DNA of 64,000 nucleotides from an uncultured Verrucomicrobiae bacterium (GTDB lineage Bacteria; Verrucomicrobiota; Verrucomicrobiia; Chthoniobacterales; JAFAMB01), in assembly GCA_963762565.1 (NCBI GenBank), contig CAVXLD010000002.1:37140-101139 (forward strand), written 5' to 3'. A program made the translations under genes and the position numbers. Each line of letters begins with the position of its first letter. The first letter of the stretch is position 1. Shown piece by piece: positions 11,456 through 21,880 of this stretch. The notes beneath the pieces are model-generated. The model was given only the letters and a program-made list of their open reading frames with translations. It did not search any database and was not told the origin of the DNA.

Positions 11456-12108
11456 TATCGGTGACAACCGGCGCAGTTTTGCGGCGGGTTAATGTTCCAC
11501 TGCTTCTTTAGCTCGGTTCCAATCTGTTCCTGCGTTTCGCCGTTGGAAGGTTTCCAGTCGAGATTGAACACCTGATTAACTGGGCGCAGGTTTTCTTCCG
11601 GATGCCGATGGCAGTTTAGGCACCAACCCATGCTCAACGGTTCATGCTGGTAGACCACATCCATGTGGTTCACGTCGCCGTGACAGCTGACGCAGCTGAT
11701 CCCGCGATTAACGTGAACTGCATGGTTGAAATAGGCGAAATCAGGTATCTGATGGACCCGGACCCAGTGCATCGGCTGCCCGGTTTCCCAGCTTTGTTTA
11801 ACCGCCCATAGCTTGGGATTATCTTTCTGCACCTCAGAATGGCAATTCATGCAGGTTTGGGTAGTCGGTACGTTCGACGCTGAGGAAACTTGAACGTTGC
11901 TGTGGCAATACCGGCAATCCATGCCGAGCTCGTTCACATGGATCTCGTGAGGAAATGGCACCGGCTGCACGGGCTGGTAGCCCTGGCGCATATACTCTGG
12001 GGTTAAATACCACCAGTAAGCGGCAGACGCTGCTCCTCCGACCACGAGGAGACAAAAGACGAGTTTAATTGCTAAATAATTTGTCCAGCGAGGGAAAAAG
12101 TTAGCCAT
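11455..12108 (-). CDS. actA: ACIII pentaheme cytochrome c ActA
   Basis: Five CxxCH motifs (CRYCH, CMNCH, CVSCH, CLNCH, CAGCH); N-terminal TM. Confidence 0.95.
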   Translation of the reverse strand: MANFFPRWTNYLAIKLVFCLLVVGGAASAAYWWYLTPEYMRQGYQPVQPVPFPHEIHVNELGMDCRYCHSNVQVSSASNVPTTQTCMNCHSEVQKDNPKLWAVKQSWETGQPMHWVRVHQIPDFAYFNHAVHVNRGISCVSCHGDVNHMDVVYQHEPLSMGWCLNCHRHPEENLRPVNQVFNLDWKPSNGETQEQIGTELKKQWNINPPQNCAGCHR

Positions 12109-12652
12109 TCGACGGCAAGGGGGTTACCCGGATCCGCGCAAATGCATACAGCCTTGGGATCCGAATTGCAGCCTTGTTTTGGGGGTTAAAATTCTCGTTC
12201 TCAAACCGCACCGTCAGAGACCTGATGGCGGTTGAGAATATTGCGTCGAATCCATTAGGCAACCAAATTTTCAACGCGTCCCTAACCCCGAGTTCTGGTC
12301 TGTTGACGACATATCCAGTAATTGACGAGCGAACGTTCCGTCAAATGAGAAAATGATTAAATTGCAAATCGTTTTACACGCGAACTTTCACGAATTTCGG
12401 AAGTAGCGAAGGATAAAACTCAGAGAAAGAACGTTATGTCGGGATGGTGGATGGTGGGGCCAGGGATGCTGCGAAAGCGGGTGCGCCACTGCGTGAGAAC
12501 GAATAAGATCCGCCTTCGCCAAGCCTACGTCGCGACAGGCTTTACAGGACATATGGGACCTATATGTCTCGGTCGAGGCAACGCAGCCGGTGCCCAGCCC
12601 CTGAGAGTGAAATGTTATTAAGCACTAACATCGGCCTGTGGGTGCAAATAGG

Positions 12653-12846
12653 GGGAGGGCGCGCAGCCTGTCCGACGAAGCCTGTGGTCTTGAGGTTATT
12701 TGTTCTTTCGCTCGGCGAAGGCGGGTCCTTGCGCGCGCCGCGAGAAGTTACCACAACCCAAGGGCGTATTTGTGTCCGAAATCACAACCTGTCCCTTGGC
12801 TTCGGTCACAATCCGGCAGCTGCCGGACGAGGACGCGATCCCTGCC
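12653..12846. repeat. Interspersed element family C; related copy inverted at ~52540-52720 and related ends at 30779-30986
   Basis: ggagggcgcg / ggacgcgatccct ends; core caacccaagggcgtatttgtgtccgaaatcacaacctgtccc resembles the reverse complement of 52641-52685. Confidence 0.6.
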
Positions 12847-12941
12847 GGGCGATGGGCCTGCACTCAATCTAAGAACGACGGGACGCCCCCACGAGCCAAA
12901 CCCGCTGGGCTCTTGTGCGGGACCATTTCATGGCTATAGGC

Positions 12942-12975
12942 AAAAGGCGGCCACCGGCTTCCCGGCGCCGCCTTC
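12942..12975 (-). terminator. Probable intrinsic terminator after pnp
   Basis: GC hairpin aaggcggc-gccgg...ccggtggccgcc followed by TTTT on the minus strand. Confidence 0.55.
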
Positions 12976-13029
12976 TAGATCCTAGATTCTAGCTCCTAGC
13001 TCCTTTTCGGGCGCCAGGAGGGCTCGTCC

Positions 13030-15171
13030 CTATTGTGAGCTTTCTTCCAAAGCCGATTCTGCTTCGGCATTCCGCTCTTTCATCGCGGCTTTACGGCTGA
13101 GTTTTACCCGGCCTTTTTCGTCGATGCCGATGCACTTTACCCAGACTAGGTCGCCGACCTTAACCACGTCTTCTACATTCTTGACCCGGAAATCGGCTAA
13201 CTCAGAGATATGCACCAGACCGTCTTTACCGGGCAACACTTCAATAAATGCGCCGAACTCCTTGATGGAAACAACGCGGCCGTGATAGCTCTCGCCGACC
13301 TCGATTTCCTTCGTCATCCCGGAGATGATTTCCTTCGCGCGATTCAAGCTGTCGCGGCTCGATGAATAGATGTGCACGGAGCCATCATCGTCGATGTTAA
13401 TTTCAGCGCCGGTCTCCGCCACGATCCCCTTAATCGTCTTACCACCGGGTCCGATAAGAAGCCCGATTTTATCCGGATGGATCTTGATGGTCTCGATCCG
13501 GGGCGCGTATTGGCTGAGTTCTTTACGCGGAGCGTTGATTGCTTCGTGCATGACGTCGAGGACTTTCATCCTGGCCTCACGAGCTTGGCGAATCGCTTCG
13601 GTCATGATGGCGTGCGAAACGCCCGGGAGTTTTAAATCGAGCTGGAAGCCGGTAATACCGTCTCTGGTACCACAAAGCTTAAAGTCCATATCGCCAAAAT
13701 GATCTTCCGATCCAATGATATCGGTTAGCGTCGTGTAGCGTTTCAAATGCTCGGCTTCGTATTCGGTCACTAATCCAACCGAAATCCCTGCCACCGGCTT
13801 GCGGATGGGAACGCCGGCATCCATAAGAGCCATCACGCCCGCGCAAACACTAGCCATTGAAGTCGAGCCGTTCGATTCCATCACTTCGCTGCTGATGCGA
13901 ATGGCGTACGGGAAAACGGTCTCGCCAGGAATGACTGGCGCGATAGAACGTTCCGCCAATGCGCCGTGCCCAATCTCGCGACGGCTAGTGCTCCCGACTC
14001 TGCCCGTCTCTCCCACGCTGAAGGGCGGAAAGTTATAGTGCAAAATGAAACGTTTGCTGAGTTCGCCCCCCGTATAAGCATCAATCATTTGAGCTTCCTC
14101 AGACGAAGCCAGCGTAGCTAAAGCCATCGCCTGGGTTTCACCGCGCTGGAATAGAGCTGAACCATGGGAGCGCGGCAGCAAACCAACCTCGGCGCTCAAC
14201 GGGCGGATATCAAAGAAGCCTCGGCCATCACATCGAACCTTCTTATCCAGGATACTGATTCGGAATGCCTTTTTCTGTAGGTAGTCGAACGCTTGCGAGA
14301 TCTCGAAAGGCGTCGCATCCGGGTATTTGGCCAGAATTGCCTGTTTTACCTCTTTGCTCAACGCATCCACGGCTTTGCTCCGAGCGACTTTACCTGGCGT
14401 ATAAAGAGCAGCCTCAATGCGGTCGCCTGCCACTTGATAAGCAATCTCCAGGAGATCATCCCGAACCGTTAGAAGCTCGGCGTTTCGCTTGGGTTTGCCC
14501 GCGCCGGCGGTCAACTCCTTTTGCATGGCGGTGATCTCGCTCACGAATCCTTGAGCAAATTCGAGGGCTTTGATGAATTCTTCTTCGCTTAACTCATCGG
14601 CAGAGCCTTCGATCATGACGACGTCGTTTTCATTGCCGACGTAAACGAGATCGAGGTCGCTGAGTTGCCGCTGGCTGTGAGTCGGATTGACGACCAGTTG
14701 TCCGTCCACTCGACCCACCCGGACGGCCCCGATTGGACCGGCGAAAGGGATATCTGAAACACACAATGCCGCAGAGGCGCCATTGATGCTGAGAATATCA
14801 GGATCATTCTCGCCGTCCGCACTCAGCAACACGCTGATTACTTGGGTATCGTAAAAATATCCTTTCGGGAACAATGGCCGAAGCGGACGATCGGTCATCC
14901 TGGCGGTCAGCGTTTCCTTTTCTGTCGGGCGCCCTTCTCTCTTGAAATATCCCCCCGGGAATTTACCGACCGCAGCCGCTTTTTCGCGATAATCAACGGT
15001 TAAAGGGAAGAAATCCTGGCCTTCCTTAACCGAGGTCGCGGAGACGGCAGCCACTAGAATCAATGTTTCGCCTGACCGAACCGTTACTGATCCGTCGGCT
15101 AATCTTGCTATTTTACCGGTCTCGATCGTGAGATCGCTAGATCCGATAGTTTTTGAGACTTTCGTTATCAT
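13030..15171 (-). CDS. pnp: Polyribonucleotide nucleotidyltransferase (PNPase)
   Basis: [34 protein letters not shown] and S1 domains. Confidence 0.97.
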   Translation of the reverse strand: MITKVSKTIGSSDLTIETGKIARLADGSVTVRSGETLILVAAVSATSVKEGQDFFPLTVDYREKAAAVGKFPGGYFKREGRPTEKETLTARMTDRPLRPLFPKGYFYDTQVISVLLSADGENDPDILSINGASAALCVSDIPFAGPIGAVRVGRVDGQLVVNPTHSQRQLSDLDLVYVGNENDVVMIEGSADELSEEEFIKALEFAQGFVSEITAMQKELTAGAGKPKRNAELLTVRDDLLEIAYQVAGDRIEAALYTPGKVARSKAVDALSKEVKQAILAKYPDATPFEISQAFDYLQKKAFRISILDKKVRCDGRGFFDIRPLSAEVGLLPRSHGSALFQRGETQAMALATLASSEEAQMIDAYTGGELSKRFILHYNFPPFSVGETGRVGSTSRREIGHGALAERSIAPVIPGETVFPYAIRISSEVMESNGSTSMASVCAGVMALMDAGVPIRKPVAGISVGLVTEYEAEHLKRYTTLTDIIGSEDHFGDMDFKLCGTRDGITGFQLDLKLPGVSHAIMTEAIRQAREARMKVLDVMHEAINAPRKELSQYAPRIETIKIHPDKIGLLIGPGGKTIKGIVAETGAEINIDDDGSVHIYSSSRDSLNRAKEIISGMTKEIEVGESYHGRVVSIKEFGAFIEVLPGKDGLVHISELADFRVKNVEDVVKVGDLVWVKCIGIDEKGRVKLSRKAAMKERNAEAESALEESSQ

Positions 15172-15491
15172 TTCGAAGTTGAACCTGCGAACGATCGCCT
15201 ATCCGGGCCGTTGCTCGTAGGTCTGAATCCCGCGTTTTCCCGGGACTCAGACCTAAGATCAACGCCAGTGTATAGGGACCATCGAAGGGTTTTGTTAAGA
15301 TTACCCTCCGGCCATTGCCAGAAGGGTGCTTTCGGATGTCAAACCAAGAGACATCCATCCGTGGAAGCATGGCTCGGAAACTCCGCCCATGCGGTAAAAT
15401 ACCCCTTTTTTGAAAGTGAAAAAGAAAAGATCAGACAAGGCCTATAGCTCCTCGGAGCTTCTCTCCCATCGGCCTAGTCTCAACCGCGCCA

Positions 15492-15752
15492 TCACTTCCG
15501 AAGATTAAGCTTTTCGATCACGGACTTGTACCGGTCCTGCTGGGTGCGCTTCAAATAATCCAACAGACTTCTGCGAGTGGCGACCAGCTTCAATAGTCCG
15601 CGCCGGGAAGAGTGATCTTTGCGATAGACCTTCAAGTGATCGGTCAACTGATTGATCCGGCGGGTCAATAGCGCGACTTGGACGTCGGCGCTGCCGGTAT
15701 CCTTATCGTGCAGCCGGAACGCGCTCAGATCAATATTATCACTCATGGCCAT
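15492..15752 (-). CDS. rpsO: 30S ribosomal protein S15
   Basis: [26 protein letters not shown]; true start lies downstream of the ORF-track start. Confidence 0.95.
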   Translation of the reverse strand: MAMSDNIDLSAFRLHDKDTGSADVQVALLTRRINQLTDHLKVYRKDHSSRRGLLKLVATRRSLLDYLKRTQQDRYKSVIEKLNLRK

Positions 15753-15877
15753 AATAATTAGGGAGTCAGGAAGATAAAAGATAAGTCTCCCTGTGCAAGC
15801 GCAATTTGCGAAATGGCGAATAGGCGAACCGGCGCAACGTCCGATAAACGCCGACAAAACGCGGATCAGCCCAACAC

Positions 15878-16107
15878 CGGTAGGGCGAAAAACTAGGCGC
15901 GCCGAGGGTATGAATTCAGCACCAGCCCCGTCGCCCCGGTTTTGAGCCGCGACCTCTGGTTCGCCACCTTTTGAAATCCAATGCGATCGGAGCGTCGGTT
16001 TCGCGGTGCATCCCCGGCAAACCACACGCACGGCACGGCTCAAAACCGGCGCGGATGCGTCATAGAAGGAGTATTACCCTCGGCACGCCGAGTTTTTCGC
16101 CCTACCG
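15878..16107. repeat. REPIN-like element family D (GTAG-foot REP pair with an inner 14-bp IR)
   Basis: cggtagggcgaaaaactaggcgcgccgagggta / taccctcggcacgccgagtttttcgccctaccg (2 mismatches in 33); inner ccggttttgagccg / cggctcaaaaccgg. Confidence 0.8.
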
Positions 16108-16164
16108 AACGTCCCCATCGCCCGCTCGCCCATTCGCCGTTTCGCCCATTCGCCCTTTGCTTGA

Positions 16165-16425
16165 TCACGCCTTCTTCCCTTCGCTCCTTACCAGCTCGTC
16201 CGCCAAGTTCCCAAAATTCTGAACCACCAGGCTCTCGCCCAACTCATTGATATTGATCTCGATACCCAGTTTTTCCTCGAGGTGCAGCACCAACTCCACC
16301 AATTCCAGGCTTTGTTGGATAACATCACCAGCGCGCAAGGTTTCCAAGCGGTCGACAGGGACCGCCGGAAAGTGGGCAGTGACAAACTGTCTTATCGCAT
16401 CAAGGACCGCTTGCCGATCAATCAT
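16165..16425 (-). CDS. Acyl carrier protein-like
   Basis: 86 aa, acidic; QQSLELVELVLHLEEKLGIEI resembles the ACP helix II motif; ATGA overlap with the upstream gene. Confidence 0.7.
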   Translation of the reverse strand: MIDRQAVLDAIRQFVTAHFPAVPVDRLETLRAGDVIQQSLELVELVLHLEEKLGIEININELGESLVVQNFGNLADELVRSEGKKA

Positions 16426-17465
16426 AGCTTGGTGCAACTGCCATAGATGACGTGGAAACCGGCTCCCATCGATAGCCACCGGATTGGTTGGCCGGGCTGC
16501 GCCTGATCCAATAGATCCCTCAGAATGTGCAAAATACTGGCGCTGCTCATATTTGAGAAAGTGCGAAAATGTCGAATCGATGGTTCGAGACGGGCTCTAT
16601 CGAGACCGATCCGCTTGGCTACACTCAAAAGCAACATCATTCCCGCGGGATGGACTGCCCAGAGGCTATCTTTCGTGTCTGCCCAATCGATTTCGCTGAG
16701 CGCACCCAAGAGACCCGTCCTAACCTTCCGATCGAAACCCTCGAAATCGGAAACGCTAAAACGATAGTAATTCGAGCTATAATCCCAGCGAATCAGGTCT
16801 GCGTCCCCGCGATGCGACGAATTGATTGGACCGAGTTCAGCCAACGCTCCAGTCGGGTCAGTAGAAAGCCAAATGCCGGAGGCGCCGTCCCCAAAGGTAC
16901 AGATCCCTTGCCAATTGGATCGATCTACGGACAACGGGTCTGCTAACGTGGAGGTCGGTTCAACCACCGCAACCAAGACGTTCCGATGGTGGCTATCGAG
17001 GGTCGAGGCAAGTTGAAGAGCTCGAGAGCTAGCGGTGCACCCTCCGTTGCCTAAGTCCAGCAACAGGGCGTCGCTTTTGACCTGAGATCGTAAGCTGGAC
17101 GCTAACCGGTCAGCGATCCCGGGCAAAAGTTGTCCCACACTGGAAACTCCGATCACTGCGTCAAACGCTTCGGAACCGGCCGACCTCACTTCTTTGCTGA
17201 GTGTGCCGATTGACTCAGTCACGGCGGCGGCAAAAGCAGCGGCATGGTCTTCGAAAGAAGCCAGATCAAGGAAACGCGGACACTGCACGTAACGCGTTCG
17301 CGAGCCGATTAGAAACAGTCGGATTAGGGACAGTAAATGTTCGGTTTCCGCTTCTGGCCGGTTTGCTTTGCCCCGCAGGTGCGCGCTAATCCGGGCGAAA
17401 ACCTCGCGGTTATCCCACTGCTCCCCTACGACCGGGGTATAGACTGATCTGATATACCACTTCAC
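16422..17465 (-). CDS. Type III polyketide synthase / thiolase-fold condensing enzyme
   Basis: Catalytic triad GGC, VHPAG, NMSSAS; FGDGA; MGAGF. Confidence 0.8.
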   Translation of the reverse strand: MKWYIRSVYTPVVGEQWDNREVFARISAHLRGKANRPEAETEHLLSLIRLFLIGSRTRYVQCPRFLDLASFEDHAAAFAAAVTESIGTLSKEVRSAGSEAFDAVIGVSSVGQLLPGIADRLASSLRSQVKSDALLLDLGNGGCTASSRALQLASTLDSHHRNVLVAVVEPTSTLADPLSVDRSNWQGICTFGDGASGIWLSTDPTGALAELGPINSSHRGDADLIRWDYSSNYYRFSVSDFEGFDRKVRTGLLGALSEIDWADTKDSLWAVHPAGMMLLLSVAKRIGLDRARLEPSIRHFRTFSNMSSASILHILRDLLDQAQPGQPIRWLSMGAGFHVIYGSCTKL

Positions 17466-17562
17466 TAGCTAGACTGGCTTCGGAGAACTGTACCTTCCCC
17501 AGTGTACAAATTCTCGCTCCGAAATTGCAGCAGAATGTTTAGGATAAAAGAGAGAATTGTCA

Positions 17563-17807
17563 CGGCAGGGCGAAAAACTGGTGGGGCGAGGCTCCCGAAG
17601 GCCCAGGCATTGAGCAGGGAAAATCTGCAAAACAACCTAGCTGAATAGTCAGCGAGGCCTGTAAACGCGCTGAGCCGAGACCCAGCGATAGACGCGGCTC
17701 GGCAGGCTCAACGGCTTAACAATGATATCCGGCCCGAATTCGCCGGATGCTTCGCGAGCGCGTTGGATCTTTCGGGAGCCTCGCCCCACCAGTTTTCCGC
17801 CCTACCG
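17563..17807. repeat. Family A element (17579-17791) nested inside family D termini
   Basis: ggcagggcgaaaaact-ggtggggcgaggctcccgaag ... ctttcgggagcctcgccccacc-agttttccgccctaccg. Confidence 0.8.
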
Positions 17808-17865
17808 ATCAGGGGCTGCATCACGCATCGCCCATTCGCTCATTCGCCGACACGCCCAAACGCCT

Positions 17866-19857
17866 TCAGAACCCAACCCTCCACTCCTCGCACAACTCGC
17901 CCGGAATCTCTCCCAAGAACCGAGAAGGACGTTGGACCCGCTGGTCGAGATTGCCGTTTGGCCAAATCGCCGGATAAAGAAAATAGAGCTGGTCTTTCGC
18001 CCGGGTGATAGCCACATAGAAAAGCCGGCGCTCTTCCTCGACGTTGTCGGTGGACTCCAAAGACCGGGCACTGGGGAACATCCCGTCGGTCAGCCAAACG
18101 ATGAACACCGCCTGCCATTCGAGACCTTTTGCTTGGTGAACCGTGGAAAGGGTCACTCGTTCCCGATCCTCGTCTTGGGTAGTGAGTTGTTCGGTCTCAC
18201 CGGTCGCCATCAGGGAGAGCTGACTAAGAAACTCGACCGGATCGGTGAACCCGCGAGCAAAATTCTCTAACGCCGTAAGATCCTCGCGGCGTTGTTCATG
18301 GTTGGAATACTTGGACTTCAGGTAGTCGTCGTAGATCGCTTCGAGAATGCTGTGGATCATGGTAGTCGGTGGAACCGGTTTTTTCTCGGGCGCGATCTCG
18401 TCCAGAGTATGCCGAAGCTGCTCCCAAGCCCTTTGCGCTTTCGCCGGCGCTTTCCCTATCTCCAACCAAGCGCCAAAAGTAGTTCTGGTTTCGGACGGGG
18501 CCAGGTTGATTTGTTCCCACAGTTTTTCAGCGTTACGCGCAGCGATTCCTGGAAGCAGCCGAACCATTCGTTTAAAGGCGACTTCATCCGACGGATTGGT
18601 AACAAACTTCATGAAGGCAGCCACATCTTTGATATGAGCCTGTTCGAAGAAACGCAGACCGCTGGTAATCGAGTAAGGGATCCCGGCACGGGTTAACGCC
18701 AGTTGCACCTCCAAAGATTGAAAATGAGAGCGGTAAAGCACCGCGATTTCTTCCAAGTCTACCCCTTCGTCGCGCAACTCCAGAATACGCTGCGCCACAA
18801 ACACGGCCTGTTGATTGTTATCAAGTAAAGGCACCAGCGCTGGTTTCAATTCGGTGCCTTTTCTGTCCGGCCGTAGCACCTTCGAGAATTGACGAGCATT
18901 CGGACGAATCGCGGCGTTGGCTACCTGCAAGACTTCCGGTACGCTACGATAGTTCGTCTCAATCTTGTAGATCGCGGCCGCGGGATAACGTTTGGGAAAA
19001 TCCAGGATGTTCTGATAGTTGGCGCCGCGCCACGAGTAGATCGATTGCGCATCGTCGCCCACCACCATTACGCTTTGATGACGGGCTGCCAGCAGATCAA
19101 TGAACTCGGACTGGAGCCGATTCGTATCCTGGTATTCGTCGACTAGAATGAATTGAAAATAGCGCTGATAGAATTCGGCGATCTCCGGCTTCGTCTTGAA
19201 TAGCTCGACGATCTTAATGAGCAAATCATCGAAATCCATCGCGTTGGCCGCTCGTTTCCGTTCCTCATACCGTTTCTGAATCCACTCGATTTGGTTGGTG
19301 AGCGGAAGAAACCGCCGGTAACGTTCCGCGATCACCTGCGGCAGCGGGCGATCGGTGTTCAGGGCAAAGCTATAGAGGTCTCCCAGTACTTCTCCAGTCG
19401 GGAAACGGACCTGCGTAGTATCAACTTCCTCGCTAGCAACAACGGCAGTCAAGAGGTCTTCCTGGTCTTCCCGGTCCATGATGCTGTACCCGGGCCGGAA
19501 ACCGATCTCGAGAGCATGTTTTCGCAGCAACCGGTTCCCAACTGAATGGAAAGTTCCACCCCAGATCGCGGTGGTTTCTAGCGGCACCAACGATTGAACC
19601 CGAGTTAGCATCTCGCGTGCGGCCTTGTTGGTAAAGGTCAGCAAAAGAATTGACTGCGGCTCCACGCCGTTATCGAGCAACCAGGCAACGCGGTAGGTCA
19701 GGGTACGCGTTTTGCCGCTGCCCGCTCCTGCCAAGACCAGAGAGGGACCAGGCCCCGAAGTCACCGCTGCGTACTGCTGGTCGTTAAGTTCCGCGCGGTA
19801 ATCGATGCTACTGCTCGAAACTGAGGGCAAGTGCTTGAGCTGGTACTCGCGGGCCAT
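17866..19857 (-). CDS. ATP-dependent DNA helicase, UvrD/PcrA family
   Basis: AGAGSGKT, TFTNKAA, VDEYQDTN, GDDAQSIYSWRGA, TVHQAKGLE, EERRLFYVAITRAK. Confidence 0.95.
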   Translation of the reverse strand: MAREYQLKHLPSVSSSSIDYRAELNDQQYAAVTSGPGPSLVLAGAGSGKTRTLTYRVAWLLDNGVEPQSILLLTFTNKAAREMLTRVQSLVPLETTAIWGGTFHSVGNRLLRKHALEIGFRPGYSIMDREDQEDLLTAVVASEEVDTTQVRFPTGEVLGDLYSFALNTDRPLPQVIAERYRRFLPLTNQIEWIQKRYEERKRAANAMDFDDLLIKIVELFKTKPEIAEFYQRYFQFILVDEYQDTNRLQSEFIDLLAARHQSVMVVGDDAQSIYSWRGANYQNILDFPKRYPAAAIYKIETNYRSVPEVLQVANAAIRPNARQFSKVLRPDRKGTELKPALVPLLDNNQQAVFVAQRILELRDEGVDLEEIAVLYRSHFQSLEVQLALTRAGIPYSITSGLRFFEQAHIKDVAAFMKFVTNPSDEVAFKRMVRLLPGIAARNAEKLWEQINLAPSETRTTFGAWLEIGKAPAKAQRAWEQLRHTLDEIAPEKKPVPPTTMIHSILEAIYDDYLKSKYSNHEQRREDLTALENFARGFTDPVEFLSQLSLMATGETEQLTTQDEDRERVTLSTVHQAKGLEWQAVFIVWLTDGMFPSARSLESTDNVEEERRLFYVAITRAKDQLYFLYPAIWPNGNLDQRVQRPSRFLGEIPGELCEEWRVGF

Positions 19858-19985
19858 GATAAGAGGATAAAGGAGCTAGGAGCGAGAATCTAGCGAATGG
19901 GCGAAAGAGCGCACCGGCGAAAGGGCGAAACGGCGAAAGGGCGAAACGGCGTATCGGCGTATCGGCGTCTCGGCGAATGGGCACA

Positions 19986-20286
19986 GCGACGACAAGCGCC
20001 CGGAGGGGAGCCGCTTTGGCGCGTGCCGCAAAAGCCACCCCAACTTTGCTCAATCATGAGCACGACAGAGAAATGTGCTTAACAGGCGGCTCCCGCGAAT
20101 AGCCCAGCGGGGTGTAGCTCCACCGCTCGGGCAAAAGACGAATGAAATCGGTGGGCGAAACATTGCGTTGGGTAATTCCCGGGAGCCGCCTGCTTTCACG
20201 TTTTGAGATCAGCCTCGCGATATAACAAATATCGAAGGTCGTAAGGCACGAGCCAAAGCGGCCCCCCTCCGGGCGCTCGTCGTCGC
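19986..20286. repeat. REPIN-like element family B, copy 1
   Basis: ggaggggagccgctttggc ... aggcggctcccg ... cgggagccgcct ... gccaaagcggcccccctcc. Confidence 0.85.
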
Positions 20287-20345
20287 CGCGCCTCGCATCG
20301 CGGCCATCGCCCTTTCGCCGGTGCGCCGTTTCGCCGATTCGCCCC

Positions 20346-21056
20346 CTACGCTCCGCCGAGGTAAGATTCGCGGACTAAGCTATTGGCTTTAAGATTTTCC
20401 GATTTGTCTTCCAAAATTACCCGACCGGTTTCGAGCACGTAACCGTAATTGGAGATTTCCAAGGCTAGGTTCGCGTTCTGTTCAACCAACAGAATCGTGA
20501 TGCCGAGCTGCCGATTGATTTCGACGATCTTTTCGAAAATGGTTCGGACCAGAAGAGGAGCAATGCCAAGCGACGGCTCATCTAACATCAAATAGGCCGG
20601 TTTACTCATCAGAGCGCGACCAATCGCTAGCATCTGTTGTTCGCCTCCGCTCAACGTGCCTGCCACTTGCTTTTCACGCTCTTTCAAGCGTGGAAAGATC
20701 GAGTACACGTATTCATAGTCGGTCTTGAGTTCGCCGTTGTTTTTCCGGCGATAAGCTCCCATCTGGAGATTTTCTACAACTGTCAGGTTCGGAAAAATCA
20801 TCCGGCCCTCCGGGACCTGGGTTATTCCCAGGCCGACAATCAGGTGAGGCGCCCAGTTAGTTATGTCTTTGCCCTCGAGTTGAATCTGCCCACTCTTTAC
20901 CCGCAACAACCCTGATACCGAGCGTAACGTGGTGGATTTGCCGGCGCCGTTGCTCCCGATCAACGTCACGATCTTCCCTTTCTCCACCCGAATATTAATC
21001 CGGTGAAGGGCCGTGATCGAGCCGTAGGCCACCTCGAGGTCTTTAGCTTCTAACAT
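20346..21056 (-). CDS. livF: Branched-chain amino acid ABC transporter ATPase
   Basis: GSNGAGKST, LSGGEQQMLAIGRALM, LDEPSLG. Confidence 0.93.
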   Translation of the reverse strand: MLEAKDLEVAYGSITALHRINIRVEKGKIVTLIGSNGAGKSTTLRSVSGLLRVKSGQIQLEGKDITNWAPHLIVGLGITQVPEGRMIFPNLTVVENLQMGAYRRKNNGELKTDYEYVYSIFPRLKEREKQVAGTLSGGEQQMLAIGRALMSKPAYLMLDEPSLGIAPLLVRTIFEKIVEINRQLGITILLVEQNANLALEISNYGYVLETGRVILEDKSENLKANSLVRESYLGGA

Positions 21057-21118
21057 GGCAGCAATGACAGATGACAAATTTTTGAGGACCGCATTTGCTA
21101 TGTGCTATCTGCTATTAT

Positions 21119-21880
21119 TCACTCCCCCAAGTAGGCTTGAATCACCTTGGGGTCGCGCCGGATTTCTTCGGGGGCTCCCTCGGCGATGGCTAGGCCATAG
21201 TCTAAGACGTAGATTCGTTTGCAGATGCCCATGACCACGCGCATATCGTGCTCCACCAGCAACACCGAGATGTCGAATTTCTCCTGAATGAATTCGATGA
21301 GATTCATGAGAGCGCTCTTCTCGGTCGGATTCATACCAGCGGCCGGCTCGTCCAACAGTAAGAGCCGCGGCTTAGTGGCGAGCGCCCGGACGATCTCCAG
21401 GCGGCGCTGGTCGCCATACGGCAGACTTTTACACATGACATCGCGAAAGCGATCCAGGTTAAAGATCTTTAACAGGTCCATGGCTTGCGCTTCGATGTCA
21501 GTTTCTTCCCGCTTAAATTTGGCGCCACGGGTCAGAGCGTGAATAGGACCATGTTTGAGATGCAGGTTAAAAGCAGCCCGCACGTTATCGAACACGGTCA
21601 ATGAAACGAAGAGACGGATATTTTGGAAAGTTCGCGCGATCCCGCGGGCCGTAATATTAAACGGCTTCAAACCATTCAGAAGTTCGCCGTTAAGAAAGAT
21701 TGATCCTTCAGTGGGTTGATAGACGCCGGTGATCATATTGAAGACCGTAGTCTTTCCCGCGCCGTTTGGTCCGATCAAGCCCACCAGCTCACGGTTCCCG
21801 ATCGACATATTGAAGTTCGATACTGCCGTGAGACCGCCAAAACGGATGGTGCAGCAATCAACTTTCAATAAGGCATCCAT
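21119..21880 (-). CDS. livG: Branched-chain amino acid ABC transporter ATPase
   Basis: GPNGAGKTT, RTFQNIRLF, LPYGDQRRLEI, AYLG. Confidence 0.93.
   Translation of the reverse strand: MDALLKVDCCTIRFGGLTAVSNFNMSIGNRELVGLIGPNGAGKTTVFNMITGVYQPTEGSIFLNGELLNGLKPFNITARGIARTFQNIRLFVSLTVFDNVRAAFNLHLKHGPIHALTRGAKFKREETDIEAQAMDLLKIFNLDRFRDVMCKSLPYGDQRRLEIVRALATKPRLLLLDEPAAGMNPTEKSALMNLIEFIQEKFDISVLLVEHDMRVVMGICKRIYVLDYGLAIAEGAPEEIRRDPKVIQAYLGE

Noticed and set aside
12109..12430. FNR, Rex or Fur box upstream of actA
   Set aside because: Half-site-like words (TTGAC..GTCAA, GCGAA..TTCAC) have the wrong spacing; no convincing match.
15753..16043. N-terminal extension of S15 in the ORF track
   Set aside because: It overlaps a repeat element; S15 homology starts at 15752.
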